A DNA stretch of 64,000 nucleotides from Octopus vulgaris (GCA_951406725.2 OX597814.1:124558001-124622000); one strand, 5' to 3'; shown: positions 12,521-27,342, numbered from the stretch's first letter. The notes: generated by a model not told the origin, from the sequence alone. Program-made: numbers and translations.

Positions 12521-13050
12521 GATTATTTGTTCTCCATTCTCAACATATTCATTTTTAAAACACTATCACCTTTTAAGCAACATTTCCTTTTAAATATACA
12601 TTTACTACCGATGTAACATATTCTCGTAACCTCTCCCCATCTCTCTCTTCTTCAGTCGTTTTCTATTTCACCTATTATCTTTAATGGCAATCTAAATTTT
12701 ACTTAAACAATTTACAGAACATATAGTTTCTTACGTTAAAAAAGATATATTGTTAATTCTCGTAAATCCACACCTTTCCGTACCACATCGCTTTATCTCT
12801 TCTTTTCTTCTCACTCCTTTTTCTCTCCATTATACCTAATAGCTTTTACAACCTTAAACGCATTCTTCTTCTTCTTCTTCTTCTTCTTCTTCTTCTTCTT
12901 CTTCTTCTTCTTCTTCTTTCTATGCTTGCATATATATGTATATTTTCTTTTCTCGGTTGCTAGGATTCATAAGGCCGCTTCTGTGACGCATAAGTGATCG
13001 AAATCAAAATATTTCCCCCTGAACGGGACAGGGATCCGTTGCATGGTTCA

Positions 13051-13239
13051 AGGCCAACAATTTTGAAGGAAGGGGGAAGTCGATTACATCGATCTCAATA
13101 CTTGATGGACACTATCGACCCCGAAGGGATCAAAGGCAAAATTGACCGCGGCGGGATTTGAACTCAGAATGTAAAGAGTCGCACGAAATGCCGCCATTTA
13201 TTTTAGCCTATGTGTTAACGATTCTGTCTGCTCGCCGTC
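13051..13239 (-). mobile_element. SINE family C, diverged variant-tail copy
   Basis: Aligns with 62565-62784; a similar copy lies at ~24045-24241. Confidence 0.8.
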
Positions 13240-13312
13240 TTGTATGTATGTATGTATGTATGTATGTATGTATGTATGTATGTATGTATGTATGTATGTA
13301 TGTATGTATACC

Positions 13313-13350
<38 letters not shown>

Positions 13351-13922
13351 GTATATATATATATGTGTGTGTACAGCATTTGTTAAATTAGGGATCGAGT
13401 GAATATGGACCCAAATAGAATTCAATGCATGATGTTTAAATAAGAAAATAAAATCACCAGAGTTCATTTTACATCTGGTTTTTCATACTAGCGTGGGTTA
13501 AGGGAATACATATAATTAAAAAAATGTTTTGTAGGTGGCTTCCTTCCCTGTCGCTAAACGTTACATGATTCTCAAGCAAAGATAGTTTTCATCACAGTTG
13601 TCTTCGAAATCGCAGAGGTATCGAGCAATTTTTTCACAGAGAAATCTTAGAAAACATTATCTTCGTAGCTTTTTCTTGTTAAGCACCGAATGTAAACATT
13701 CACGCAGACACGCACATGTACACTCATACACTCACACATTTATATTTGATAACAGAGGGGGATCTCTGTCGTTCGGTGATGGATATTTAGTGAATCGATC
13801 AAACGAATTACTAGCTTCTGAACTAACATGCAAATTGCTGGTCATGTCAGAGTTACTTGCGTCCGTGACTTAATCCCCAGATAGAATGAGTGTGACACTG
13901 TGTCTGACATGACAAAGGTATA

Positions 13923-14328
13923 TTTAATTTGATACTGCTTCAATTGCATATTCCGGATTTTTGTTCAACCGGCGTCTGGTCGCAGCATCTGATTGTTTTA
14001 TTCAGTTTCCCACATCGGAGGCAATGGATTTTCGTCCAGGCATGAGGCTGGCTGTGAGTACATGTCACTGAAAATATCTCAAAAGGTTGAGATGTACTGG
14101 TGTTCTAGCTGCTCCCTACTGGGGCGGTTTTTCATCTTCCTTTGATATTTATTGTGTTTTTAGCACAACGCGTCCACGAGAGACATGTTACTTGGGGATG
14201 ACTACTGCACAACACTTCCATACAAAATGTTAATCTTAGGATGAACACCGCAATAGTTGACCTATCAGCGGTGTATATACATGTATCATTAATAGATGGA
14301 CATTTTAATTTAATACTGCTTCAATTGC
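13923..14328 (+). mobile_element. ~380-bp unit bounded by 25-bp direct repeats, carrying a decayed hammerhead (pLTR/retrozyme-like)
   Basis: TTTAATTT(G/A)ATACTGCTTCAATTGC at 13923-13947 and 14304-14328; hammerhead relic at 14230-14292. Confidence 0.55.
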
Positions 14329-15199
14329 GTACAATGGATAAACATATTTATTTATTCATATAAATATGTGTACAGATTCATATTTATGTATGTATACATG
14401 AATGCATGCGCACACACACACACGCACAAATATTATATACACTAAGGTTGCGACATCTGTAGCGATTCCTAGAGAATGAGCAAGTCAAAAAGTCAATTTG
14501 AAGCTACTAATTAATAAATTTATGTTTTCCCTCCATCTAGCAGAAATAGCAGTCAAATCTTCAAATTATACCATTGTATAATATATTTCTAGATATCTGT
14601 AAAACACGGAATGCCATGACTGTAATACATTGATCGTAAGCGACCCTCAACGCAGACGTCTCAAGATAACGTAACTGATGACGATGCACAGATATTCGCC
14701 GAATCTAATACACCTACAGGTCGGTTTTTGAAACTCATCTATTTTACGGTGTTGAATTCCTCTTGACCTAATCTGGCATTTGGAACTTTTCCAGACGTCC
14801 GAGGGTTACTACCAGTGAAACAATACGACCGATAAGCCATATATATATTTTTATGATTGGTTTTATATCCAATACTTTCATTACTAATCTGTAAGTAAAT
14901 TTCACATTTATATATATTCTCATTATCTTTGAGAAATAGATGTATAAAAATAATTCGGTCTCCACATTAAATCTTGTGCTTCTTAACAAGTAGCAAGATC
15001 GTTCTCTATTCATTTCCACTTTGTCTAACCTTGTCAACTATGAACAAAGCAAAGGATTTTCTAGCTAATGTCTTACAATTGTTATTCACCATAGAGTAGG
15101 CTTTTCTGGTTACTGTTATCGTGCTGAACATCAAGTCATATTGGATGTTATATTTTGGAGACGTCTACACCTAACAGAGAACGAATCCCACTCGACAGA

Positions 15200-15332
15200 G
15201 TATGGCATGAAGTTTCCAGACATGAGTACTACTCACGTGTCAAGTTTCATCAAAATCGATAAAACGATGTAGGGGTTAGCTAACAACTTCACAAACACAC
15301 CCACCGACAGAATTTCCCACATATGTAGTAGA
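15200..15332 (-). mobile_element. 5'-terminal fragment of the Helitron family at 22403-23306
   Basis: Near-identical to 23180-23306 (AAGTTTCATCAAAATCGATAAAA...CATATGTAGTAGA). Confidence 0.8.
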
Positions 15333-15455
15333 TACAACATAGAAGTGAGGATTACTAGAAGCTAATTGGAGTAGAAATTCCTAGTGTGGAGTAGTAAAAT
15401 GCATCTTTGTTGCAATCACTTGAAAAAAGATGGGTATTTTATGTTATCTTCTGTT

Positions 15456-15699
15456 TACTCTTTTCTCTTTACTCTTTACTCTTTTACTTGCTTCAGTTAT
15501 TTGACAGCGGCCATGTTGGAGCACCGCCTTTCGTCGAGCAAATCGACCCCAGGACTTATTTTTTGTAAGCCCAGTATTTATTCTATCGGTTTCTTTCTTC
15601 CGAACCGCTAAGTGACGGGGACGTACACACACCAGCATAGGTTGTCAAGCGATGTTGTGGGGATAAACACAGACACACAGACACACAGACACACACACA

Positions 15700-15775
<76 letters not shown>

Positions 15776-15941
15776 CATACGACGGGCTTCTTTCAATTTC
15801 CGTCTACCAAATCCACTCACAAGGTTTTAGTCGGCCCGAGGCTATAGTAGTAGACACTTGGCCAAGGTGCCACGCAGTGGGACAGAACCCGGAACCATGT
15901 GGTTGGTAAGCAAACTATTACCACACAGCCACTCCTGCGTC
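15456..15941 (-). mobile_element. SINE family A, full length
   Basis: Aligns with 6465-6900. Confidence 0.92.
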
Positions 15942-16574
15942 TGTTTCTAAACATTATTGTTGTATATTTAACTGTATTTTCTTAACAGGGAAAAGAGCAT
16001 TACATTAAATCTTGAGAAATTGCTTCAAGGCAAATGCGAAAGGGCAGAGCTTAAATTCAACGAGTTCTGTTAAGATGTGAGAGGTGTCTATTTTGATAAT
16101 TAGTTTTGGTCCTACAATATCAATTGACAGTCACTAACTATACCACGGGTTTCTTGACAATAAGTTTGTCAGTTGTCATTTTAATGAAGAGGTTTAGGCC
16201 TGACACATAGATTACACAAAGTCATTTTTATCTGTAATGTGTTTTGTCAATAGGTTATTACAAGTTATCCTTTTCATATAAACAATTTGTCGTTCTAGGC
16301 CGAGCTGTTATGAATTTTGATGAGTTTTTTTATATCTATCTGTTCATCATTTAAAAACAATTCATTAGATTTAGCAATTTCAGAAATTGTTCTTATGGTA
16401 TCTGCAATCAAATTATGTCAGTCATCAGGTAATATTATATTCCATAAGAGAACTCAGGGAGCTGTTGTTTCTAACGACACAACATCTAAACGCTTTGTTT
16501 ACATGTTTCTGTTGTTTGAAATGTTTCAGAAAATAAAGAATAATTACGAAAATAACTTGCCATTATTAAGCTGG

Positions 16575-16876
16575 GGTAAAGGTGCATGGCTTAGTGATTA
16601 GGTTAGGTCGTAAGTTCGATTTCCCACGGCGCATTGTGTCCTCGAGTCAGGCATTTTATTTCGCGTTGCTCTTGATCATTCAGCTGGCAAAAATAAGTGG
16701 TACCTGTATTTAAAAATGCAGGTCTTGTCGCATTCTGTGTTGCGTTGATTCTCCCTGAGAACTACGTGAGGGCAATCGTGTCTGTAGAGTACTCAACCGC
16801 TTGCACGTTGATTTCAAGAGCTGGCTGTTCTGTTGATCGGTTCTACTGGAACTCTCGTTATCGGAACCGACGGAGA
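16575..16876 (+). mobile_element. tRNA-derived SINE family B
   Basis: Head GGTGCATGGCTTAGTG, B-box AGTTCGATT; aligns with 54547-54887. Confidence 0.85.
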
Positions 16877-18449
16877 GAAGAATATTGAGCTGGTCTTTGG
16901 AACATAAATTAACATGGAACTATTGTAGAAGCTTTCAATTTAAATCACCATGAAACAAAAATATTGCATCATAGACCCAAGGGTAGTCTCAGGCGGGTTG
17001 TTATTAAAAATCTATAGCATATTTAGTTCAACAAACTATCTTATAGGAAATCTATTGTAAACTGACTTATGAGAAATTAGAATTAGAATTAGAAAACAAT
17101 GTCATGATTTTCCACCTAATTTCACTATCGCAGTGGCTTCTAATTTTGCAACTGGCCTTATCGTTTCCATGTGAATAGAAACAAATTGGATACCTATTTT
17201 ATATTTCAACAGAATCTATTGACGATAGAGACACGTCTGTTTCAAGAGAAAGCTGTGAACCAGGTGTCAAAACAGATAACGAGACCACTGCGCCGTCGTC
17301 ATTCAGTTTCTTAATTGAATCAAGTCACATTGTTTTGTTTGTAACAATTGCGTTGCAGTTTCAGTCAAACTTTTTATATATTTTGAATAATTACAATTAA
17401 ACCAATAAAATTATCAAGTTTCCTTTAATTTCTAAACACAGAGAACCAAAGTAGTAGTCGCAGTTTATCAGAGTCCAGCATTTTCTTTTTTCTCTAAAAA
17501 TGTGACCCAGGAACGACAATTCAGTCACATTAAAGTTATTTTTGGAAAAATATGTTGTATATTTTCACCATAGATCCTTTTATATTCTCCATATATCACT
17601 ACACCGTCAAGGTAAAGAACTAATCTTTAAGTCCATAATTTCTTTGATTATCCTGCTAAAAATCGTTACGCCTTTTTGTAACACCGAAAGGTCATCGCGT
17701 GAACTGGTATAATTCATTCTTTGGTTGAAAGGCCGTCAAAGCTGCGCTCTGGGAGGCAGAGTATTCATAATATACGGAACAAAAGTCAACTATACTGAAA
17801 TGATAATTTCTGTTAATTTGGCTTAAAACATCCCTAATGAATTGAAAGGGAAATGAATCTAGTTACGTGCATCTATTAATAGTAGTGTACTACTAAACGC
17901 CTTTTTCTCCCACTCTTGTTGACTACAACAAATTGACAACGTCATAATGACCTAGAAGGTATAATTATTCTCTCAGTTAGAAGTTTATTAATCTCAACTT
18001 TAATGAATCGGCAGTCTTCAAAAGAGCGATACTGAGTGGAGCTAAGTATGGGTTTTGCTTTCACAAGAATGCCCAAGTTTGAATTAGTGAATATTCGATG
18101 TTTTGAAAGTTTGTGAAATATGCTATCAAATTTCAGATTAACACGTGCAACAGACACAGTTAAAAGCGGGAGATTACCTTTTAATTCCATCTGAAGTTAA
18201 AGGTAACCTATCCTATTAATAAATAACAATATATTCTTCTGTACGTAGCTAATATATCCATTACATAATAAGATTATGTAAACCTATTTCCGTTTAACCT
18301 GAATATTTTTTACTAGTTTTTCTTCTTCTACCTCCTTCCTTCGTCATTTTCTGTTTTATATTTGTTGGTTTCCTTGAAGGCTGAAACAGTTTTTATTTGT
18401 TCGTGTTTTGCAACCATTTGTATTAGTTTTCTCGATATTCTGTATTTTT

Positions 18450-20330
18450 TTTCTTTTTTGTATTAATACAGTAGAGATCTTCTAGTTGTAGAAGACTCGT
18501 ACATTTCCGTATTCATCATAAATGATATTTCTGTGTCAGCTTTTGAGTAACGTATTCAATTTGCAATCATTAGTTTTCTTGTTTTTCGATCTAGTCCTGC
18601 TAATTCACTTAGTTTACACTTGAGAATATTATAACTATAACTTGTTATTAGAACAACTTGGGTATTGAAAGCTATTACCATATTTTCAGTCTTCGTTCAG
18701 GTTTAAGTATTAATCTAATATGTCTATAAGATTTTTCATCATATTTTCTTTTATTACTGTGTTGTAATTTTTTTTATCCTGTCCCATTAATTACAAAGTA
18801 GTACTTGCAAGTCTGTGTCGGTCAAATTTGTTTATTTCTGTTTTCTTCTTCTTTATTTTTCTTCTTTGTTTTTAATATATATGACATGATATTAGCCGGT
18901 TTATGTACAAGTTCAGTTTAGCATTTTTTTCTTGTCCGAATTTTATATAAATTTATCTGGTAAATCCATGTGTTGTCTATAGCCGTGTTTCTAGTTATTT
19001 ATCTACTACTGAGATCTACAAATTGAGATCCTCAAAATACAAAAGATATTTGATTATCTCCTCACAGAATTTGAATAAGATTAGTGTTGGTTTGGCATGT
19101 TGTTTACATGTGCTAATACAAAGCAGATATGAAAAGGAGCGAACACAAGAAGTCCTGGAAAATTACTCTGCTTACAACGATCTTATCGTTTTTTAAAATT
19201 ACGTCTTTCGTATGAATCTGTATATTGTCTCCGTGACAAGCATACTGAACAATTTTGTTATTAGTGCTACATTACTATTGGCAAAACTTCCCAGAATCCG
19301 CGAGTGCGTTTACTTGTCAAAACCCTTATGTAATCAATAAGACTCTTTTATCTCCTCACACAGTCTATAGTTATGATTTTGTTGATCAGCAAGCGATGCA
19401 AAAGAGTTTTTAGGAAAATCTAGTTGGTCTCTCAAGGAGTATAGTACTTTTTCAAGTGGGAATTTGTATTTTGTCAAAATACCGATGCTAAAGCTTTATA
19501 TATTCTAAGCAAATAGGGTAAATATCTGTATACTTTTAGGTAATGATGCTTCTTCACTCATATATATAAAAACTTGGATATTTTGTTTATTCCTATTGTC
19601 TACAGAGATACTGTTTCTGATTCTTTTAATAAATCGATGAATATTTCTTGCCAGGAATTTAGCATGTTATTTTCAAATGCTTTCCAGTTGCCTATAAACA
19701 ACTTATGGAATTATTTCCTGTTACGATTGTTCTGGTGTTGCGCTTACTGATTTAGCATTCTCATTTGAGGTGTTATAATTTCTGTTTATACTCCTCTCGG
19801 AAAATTCGTTTAATTCTTTTCCTCATGGCAAAGTATTAATTTGCATTCTGATTTAACTCAAGTTCTTGATAAATCATTTATGACTGGAGACATGCTGCTT
19901 TTGTGGTTCAAAATAGTGTTACAATTTTTACAATTCTTAGTTCATTTAGTGAAGATTGCTTGCTTTAGGAGCTGTTTGATTTTAAATTCCATTAAAAAAC
20001 AAACAAACAACATTTCTGTTGTATTTATGTAATCTTTCTTATTTTTGTTAATATGTTTTCGGTGTTGATATCAAAAAGAGATAAGATATTCTTTTTAAAA
20101 TTTTGTGTCCTATAATCATCTTTGTTGGTTTTCTAAATGTTTGTTTTGTTTCAGAATATTCTATCTAACAATCCCTGAAAAGTAAACCACGTATATTTGT
20201 GACTATTTCAGCTTCGACACGAATTAGTTGTTCTTGTTTAACAAGTCAAGGTATAAGCAATCGAGTTGCGACCCCTCCATCTGTTTAGAACTCCATAGAA
20301 CTGCATTTAGCGAAGGGTGTGATATTTATT
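18450..20330 (-). mobile_element. Highly decayed R4/Dong-like LINE reverse transcriptase region
   Basis: Minus translations IDYIRVL, IFQD, ELAGLDRKTRKLM...SKAD; many stops; ends approximate. Confidence 0.6.
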
Positions 20331-21369
20331 TCATTGAGTATGGGCCAAAGTTAAAAGCAAATTGGTCAGAGTTGGATACATAAGAATTTTCTGTTTGTTT
20401 CCGACTTTGTTAAAAGAAATAGTGGATATGTATTCTGCATTATATCAATTCAGTTTCCATTCATGGTCAAAATTTGGGTTACTGTGCTTAAAACTTTTTT
20501 CCGTTAGAGAAAATGTTGGGAAAGCAATAGAAGTTATTTTGGCTTCGTTCCACAATAAATAAAATATCATACTTCATTGTATCACTTTTTACATAAACCT
20601 TGACTTTCAGAAAAATCATCTTTGTTTCTTCGTTATTTTGTAACTAAATGCTGGTGTCTTGCAATTCAACTTTTTATTCTATTTTGCACACACACTCGGT
20701 TCCGGTTCATGTGCCTTGAGGTGTACCTTGGTTAAAAGCTAGCATCCACCATTTCTAATGAAAGTAATAACATGTAAACACGTACTATCGAATACTGAAG
20801 AATTGTGACATTTGAGCTGAATAGATTTAATGCTCAGCAGTTGAATCTTCTTACAGCAAGTCAATAAAAAAGTACAACGATTTTCCTTGCAGAATTTATA
20901 CACACGAGAAGGATACACAGAAGATAAATTCAATGTACTTTTCAATACGTGCTTTTTTGTGGCTTGTCTTTTCCATCGAATTGATTATTTTCTTCATAAA
21001 TAATTATTTTTAGTATTTTAGCAACACATTTTAAGAATATGTACTTTTACATATCAGCTCTTTTTTATGAATTCAGACATATAAGCTCCGTAAAATTACA
21101 AATACAAATTAATTATATAGTCTTTCAGATAAAAGTTTTAGATATAATCATATTATTTATTGTTGTGTATAATTTCAATTAGATTTGATATGTAGAATTG
21201 ATGTGAAAAATTTGTCTAGGATACGATTTTGTTTTAATGTTATTTATATTTTTATACTTTTAAATTTTACATATTTCTTGCTATCATTGAGCAAAGAGGA
21301 AAATGGTGAAAATGATTCAAGTTGACAACCAATTCAACAAAAAATAAACAAACAATAAACAATAAACAA

Positions 21370-23988
21370 CATGAAAAAAAATATAGGAAAAGTTCACCAC
21401 TATAGCAACGTATTTACAATAAGAATTTATTGCTCTGTTGTTACATGAATGACAACCTACAAATCTCTTCTGTGAAAATATCTAACAGCACCTTACAGAA
21501 AACAGCACTTATAGGAAAAGCACCCGGAAAAGATGCTAACTGCATATTTTAGTATATTATGTAATATATATAATATATCATAATGTATTACAGTGACAAA
21601 GGATAGCGGGAGCATTTGAAAGCTGCCTACCTTAGATATATTTAAAAACTGAGGCCAAAACTTGTGTATTACCTCAATGTTTGTATAAAACAGCACACTC
21701 AATATTCAAACTTGGAAATCCACACAGAGACACATTAATAATACTCAGCACAGGACCTAAAGTAGTCACGGACATTTTAAAATCGAGTCTTCTTTGTCAT
21801 AAATCTGGCCGGAGTGATGAAATGGTAAGGTTAATGGAAACCAGTTGCGCATAGAAATTCAAAAGACTAATTTTGGTTATGTCTCAGTGAATCAACTGGA
21901 CGAGGAAATATGGCTTTACTGATGTGCATTTTGTGAAAAACAAATTTATGAAAACTCGATTGTTTAAACACATAGATATGGGCAAACAATGTTTGAAATA
22001 CTAAAATCTTACCCTAAAAATAACAATATCTCTCTTAATGTGACGGTGTCCACAACAGAGGACAATACTACCTATGACAGATTGCCAAATTGGTTTGGTT
22101 TTATATATGAAAGTGGAAATGCCTTAATCTATTGGTAATAGATTAATTCATTGTCAACAACTTGGCGATTATGAATTTAATGAGCAGCTGCCATTCCTTG
22201 TCTTCAAGTAAATATTGCTGAATACAAAAATCACAACTCGAGCCTTAAAAGTTATGGCACGCTGCCAGTCATGTGAGCAGAATAACGAAACTTCGGAAGG
22301 AACTCTTTTCTATACTGAAGTTTGTTGGCTACTAAAACGATCTAATTTAAATAACTTCGTTTTGCTTTATGATACTGATAGTGGATTTTTACTTATAAGT
22401 TACTAGCTGACGTACCCGGTAATTCCCGGAAAAGCGGGGCTTATCCCCTGGTTCCGTTCTCATAATTGTTTCGCTAATCTAATAACAATATAAAATATGT
22501 AGCCCTTAAAACAGTTATTGTGCATTTACAGAGAATACCGTACTGTCTTACACAGGATCTTGTTTTTAGGAATTCCCATTAAGTTATGAATACCCAATTT
22601 GTGAAGTCAGTTATGTAATAACATGAAATTAGCTACCCGATAGTAAGAATCCAAATAAAGTAGCACCGAAAAGGGCTTTAATGCGTTCCCAGAGTATATA
22701 GAACATAGGAGGAAATACTAATAAGATATGTATACTAAAATCGTGAAGAATGTTACGTAATAACTGTCTAATCAAATATGATATAATAACAATTCAAAGT
22801 AAAAAGCTCTGAAAAGGCTTTTGTGCGATCCCAGAGAATATTACCCTCAAGGGCGCTAGAGTTGGTATATTTGTGAATAAGTCACTAACCGAAATAAGTG
22901 AATCTATTGCTTAGGAAAATACTATTTATTTGTTTAAGGGTTGTACTAGATAAATTGCGAAAATAAAAAATACTAAGAAATATGCATACTCCATTTCCTT
23001 TTTACCAAATAATTTAGGAAAATGAATGGGTTATTTCCCTTAGCTATATATAAGGATCCCTTCCATGGGCGAATGGGTTATTTCCTTTGGTTTAAAATAA
23101 AATATATTAGATATATATGTAGAGATCTCTTCTAGGGATCTCTTCTATTATTGATTTTTCAACAATCTTAGTATGCCATTAGGTTTCCAAAGATGAGTTC
23201 TACTCACGTGTGAAGTTTCATCAAAATCGATAAAATAATGTAGGACGAGTTAGCTAACAACTCTACAAACACACCCAGAGACAGAAGTTCTCACATATGT
23301 AGTAGATGATAAGCAACTTGCAAAAGACATTGACTTTCTTCGTAGAATGTGGTTTACTTAGCTGATATTTATAAGAGGAACAATGAAGCAAATTTATTTA
23401 ATACATATACAGAATGCAGTTACCAGGATTATCAGTAGAATTAAATTGTACAAGAAAACGCATGAGAGAAGTGAGTCTCTTCTCTGAAAAGCATTTCCTA
23501 ATTATTTACAGATAATAATCAGAGGTCCTACTGTGTGCATCCACTATTCGAAGATGCTTTTGAGATTGTTAAATTATGCATATCTAAAAAAAAACCCAAG
23601 TATTTGTGCAAAAGTTAGAAGAGAAAAAATAACGTAGAAGACCAAAATGAAACCTTGGTCTCCGGCTATTTTGTAACTTCTATAATTCAAAACATTGAAT
23701 TGCAGAAAGCTCACCATTGAATTAAAAAATGAAGTAAAATACGATTTTTGAAAATTAAAACTTGTGTGAAATGTGGTTACAATGCAGAATAAAATTTTCT
23801 TTATTATGACGAAAACCAAATTATTTTTAAGTGCTTTTTTTTTATAATCTTATCTCGTGTGCAGTGATTTTAGAATAGCAATCTAAAATTTGATCAAGAA
23901 TAGAAAACAAATGGAAGTAGTGCAACGTGGAGGGTTAGAACATTTTAAAACTCAAAAGATGGAACTAAAGCAACAGGAATCGCATTGA
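21370..23988 (+). mobile_element. Decayed hAT (Buster/Charlie-type) transposase, interrupted by a Helitron
   Basis: LFYTEVCWLLKR matches the HTEVRWLSRG motif; ends ...QRGGL...QQESH*; the frame continues across 22403-23306 (LLISY|DKQLAK). Confidence 0.7.
22403..23306 (-). mobile_element. Non-autonomous Helitron, complete (904 bp)
   Basis: Minus strand starts TC (23306) and ends CTAG (22403); inserted between A and T with no TSD; subterminal hairpin CCGG-GAATTA-CCGG. Confidence 0.85.
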
Positions 23989-24609
23989 TAAGCAATACTT
24001 ACCGTTCTATACTTTATTTAATCATATTAATAATGGTTTTAAAGTTTAGTGTAAACCCAGCATTTTCTGTGGAGGAGCTAAGATAATTAGATTGACTCGA
24101 GTGCTCAACCGGTACTTATTTTATCAACCCCGAAATGATGAAAGACAAGTTGACCCCGGCGGAACTTGAACATAGAAGGTAAAGATGAATTGCCGCTAAG
24201 CATTTTGTCCGGTGTAAGAACGGTTCTGCCAGCTTGCTGCCTTATTTAGCCATCTAATATGGTTTAATAAACGAAATAATAGAACTGCTTACTTTTAAAT
24301 TTAAGTGTATAAGAGTAAGAGAGAGAAGGGTGGTAGAAAGTTGGCAAGTCTATTTATGAGTATCCAGTAATAAATAAATAAATAAACAAAGAAAAAAAAA
24401 CAGAACACTGATATGTGGTGTTCATAAATTTCTATAAAAGGGTCATATTAGAGTTATCACCCATGCCTGTTATTTTTGTATATTGAAAATCTACAGCGAT
24501 TTTTTCTATTAATTGTTTAGAAAATATTAATTGGTTGTCATTTTTCACTTCACTCATATTTATATACGTATATATACATACATATATACATACACACAGA
24601 GACACACAC

Positions 24610-24656
<47 letters not shown>

Positions 24657-24731
24657 GTGTGTCTATATATATGAGTGTATATATGTACATATATATATAT
24701 ATATAGAACATTATATATATATATAAATACA

Positions 24732-24975
<244 letters not shown>

Positions 24976-25394
24976 CACATACATACACACATATATATAT
25001 TGTATACACAGACACAGAAAGCGGAAGAGAGAGAAGGGGAAGGAAGACAAACAGAGAAAAGTGTCTGCGTTAGAAATAAAGAATGGAGATGGAATATAAA
25101 AAGTAAGAAGTGATAAAGAGAAGTGTGTGTTATAGTCAGGAAAGGAGAGAGGGAGAGACGGAGAGAGAAAGAAAGAAAGACAAAGAGAGAGAGAGAGAGA
25201 AAGAAAGAGAGAGAAATACAAAAAATGGTGCTTACGATAAATTTTAAATGAAAGAAACAGGATATGTCTTGCAAGAGTAAATATCTTAATAAATCTGTAT
25301 GCATGTGTATATCTATGTGATTCTGTGTGTGTGTGTGTGTATAGATATATACATACATACATAAACACAGACAGACACATACAAATTCTTTTAT

Positions 25395-25577
25395 TTTTTT
25401 CAGTCATTTGACTGCGGCCTTGCTGGAGCACCGCCTTTAGTCGAGCAAATCGACCCCAAGATTTATTCTTTGTGAGCCTAGTACTTATTCTATCGGCTTT
25501 TTTTGCCGAACCGCTAAGCTACGGGGACGCAAACACATCAACCTCGGTTGTCTGGCGATGGTGAGAGGATAAACACA

Positions 25578-25640
<63 letters not shown>
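25395..25640 (-). mobile_element. SINE family A, 3' half, ending in its (CA)n tract
   Basis: Aligns with the 3' half of 6465-6900. Confidence 0.88.
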
Positions 25641-25642
<2 letters not shown>

Positions 25643-25736
25643 CCACGGCTCTATCGAGAAGATAGAGAACTTAATACAGAGTTGAAGAGTAGATTTGTTG
25701 GCTCGTAGGGAAATTGAGAAGCAATTCTTCTCTATG

Positions 25737-25775
25737 ATTTGATCGGTTTCATCCCTGCTGGGGATCTTTCAAACA
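25737..25775 (-). ncRNA. Decayed hammerhead motif
   Basis: Minus: TTGAAAG-ATCCC cagca GGGAT-GAAA-CCGA-TC; stem I not recoverable. Confidence 0.4.
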
Positions 25776-25821
25776 CGCACACGCACATGTATATCTGTCC
25801 GTATGTATGTATGTATGTATG

Positions 25822-26098
25822 TTATTATTCAGTGTATTTCAAGAAATAGAGTAAGAACCGGTTTCTAACCTAGACCCATGGTTTCTTCATTGGAATTTCA
25901 ACATCAATAACAGGGTATTTTTGTATGTATGTATGTATGAATGTATGTATGTATGTATGTATGTATGTATGTATGTATGTATGATGTATGCATGCATGTA
26001 TGTATGCAGGCATGTATGTATGTATGTATGTATGTATGTATGTATGTATGTATGTATGCATGCATGTAGGTATGTATGTATGTATGCATGCATGCATA

Positions 26099-26129
<31 letters not shown>

Positions 26130-26848
26130 GTGTATGTGTGTATGCATGTATGTATGTCATTATTTAGTTTATTTCAAGATTTCTTGCCAATAGAGAAAGA
26201 ACCAGTTTCTAACTTAGATCCAAGGCTCCTTCATTGGAATTTCAATATCAACAGTGTATTTTTGTATGTATGTATGTATGTATGTATGTATGTATGTATG
26301 TATGTATGTATGTATGTATGTATGTATGTATGTATGTATGCATGTATGTATGTGAAGATTTGTATATTTTTATATATGTATTCTCATGCATATAGTTACA
26401 TATCTAGTCATGTTCATATGTATTTAAATGATAAACTTCTGGAAAATTTTACAGATTTTTATTGTTCCAAGTGATGAATTAGATCTGTTGTCTTCGAATT
26501 CACTTTCTCCTTTCTGGTTTTGAGAAGCCTAATTTCTCAAGATTGGTATTTAGGCCCCTATAATTACAGGTATAAACATGAACTTGTAATCCGGATAGAG
26601 TAAATGAACTGCAGATTCCTCAAAAGTTCAGCATAGGTGTTCTATTTATCACTGATCTTCAGCTTTATGTTAACATCCGCTGGGCAGCTAATTTCCACGA
26701 CTGTATACAGTTTCTCTTCTCTATCCCAAATCACTATTTCAGGTCTGTTGTGCTTATATTTTATTAAGGCTTTCACTGGAACATACTATCAGTATTTCTT
26801 TTTATTATGAGTGGCTATAGCTTCTACCATATTGTGAGTTCTTATTTC
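25822..26848 (-). mobile_element. R4/Dong-like LINE 3' fragment (26157-26848) plus an extra tandem terminal segment (25822-25922) in (CATA)n
   Basis: Minus translation KHNRPEIVIWDREEKLYTVVEISCPADVN...FIPVIIGA (RLE); 5' end abuts (TATG)n at 26849. Confidence 0.85.
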
Positions 26849-26997
26849 TTATGTATGTATGTATGTATGTATGTATGTATGTATGTATGTATGTATGTAT
26901 GCATGTATGTATGCATGTATGTATGTATGTATGTATGTATGTATGTATGTATGTATGTATGTATGTATATATGTGTTTAAGTTTGCCCGGCGTGTTA

Positions 26998-27032
<35 letters not shown>

Positions 27033-27183
27033 TCAAAGCAAGAGTGATAGAAAGACCATAGACACAGGAGTAGATAGAGAGACAAAATGTTAGTTCCTTT
27101 CTCTCTGTCACTGTCTGTCTCTCTGTCAGTTTGTCTGCCTGACTTTTTCTCTCTCTCACTCTCTCTCTTTCTTTCTCTCCCTT

Positions 27184-27214
<31 letters not shown>

Positions 27215-27284
27215 GTGTGTGTGTGTGGGGGGAGATAGGGGTAAAAATAAGTGTGTATGTATGTATGTATGTATATATCTATCA

Positions 27285-27342
<58 letters not shown>

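Larger units (their letters stand above)
14700..18250 (-). mobile_element. Decayed Ty3/gypsy pol relic (RT, RNase H, integrase) with nested insertions
   Basis: Minus translations: EINKLLTERIIIPS, ELYQFTR*PFGV, YLDG (RT); LETDVS...YPICFYS (RNase H); CNLC...LSIDIVGP (integrase); boundaries approximate. Confidence 0.75.

Noticed and set aside
15061-15332. Complete short Helitron ending at CTAG 15061
   Set aside because: No hairpin or AT target; that CTAG lies within the gypsy integrase relic
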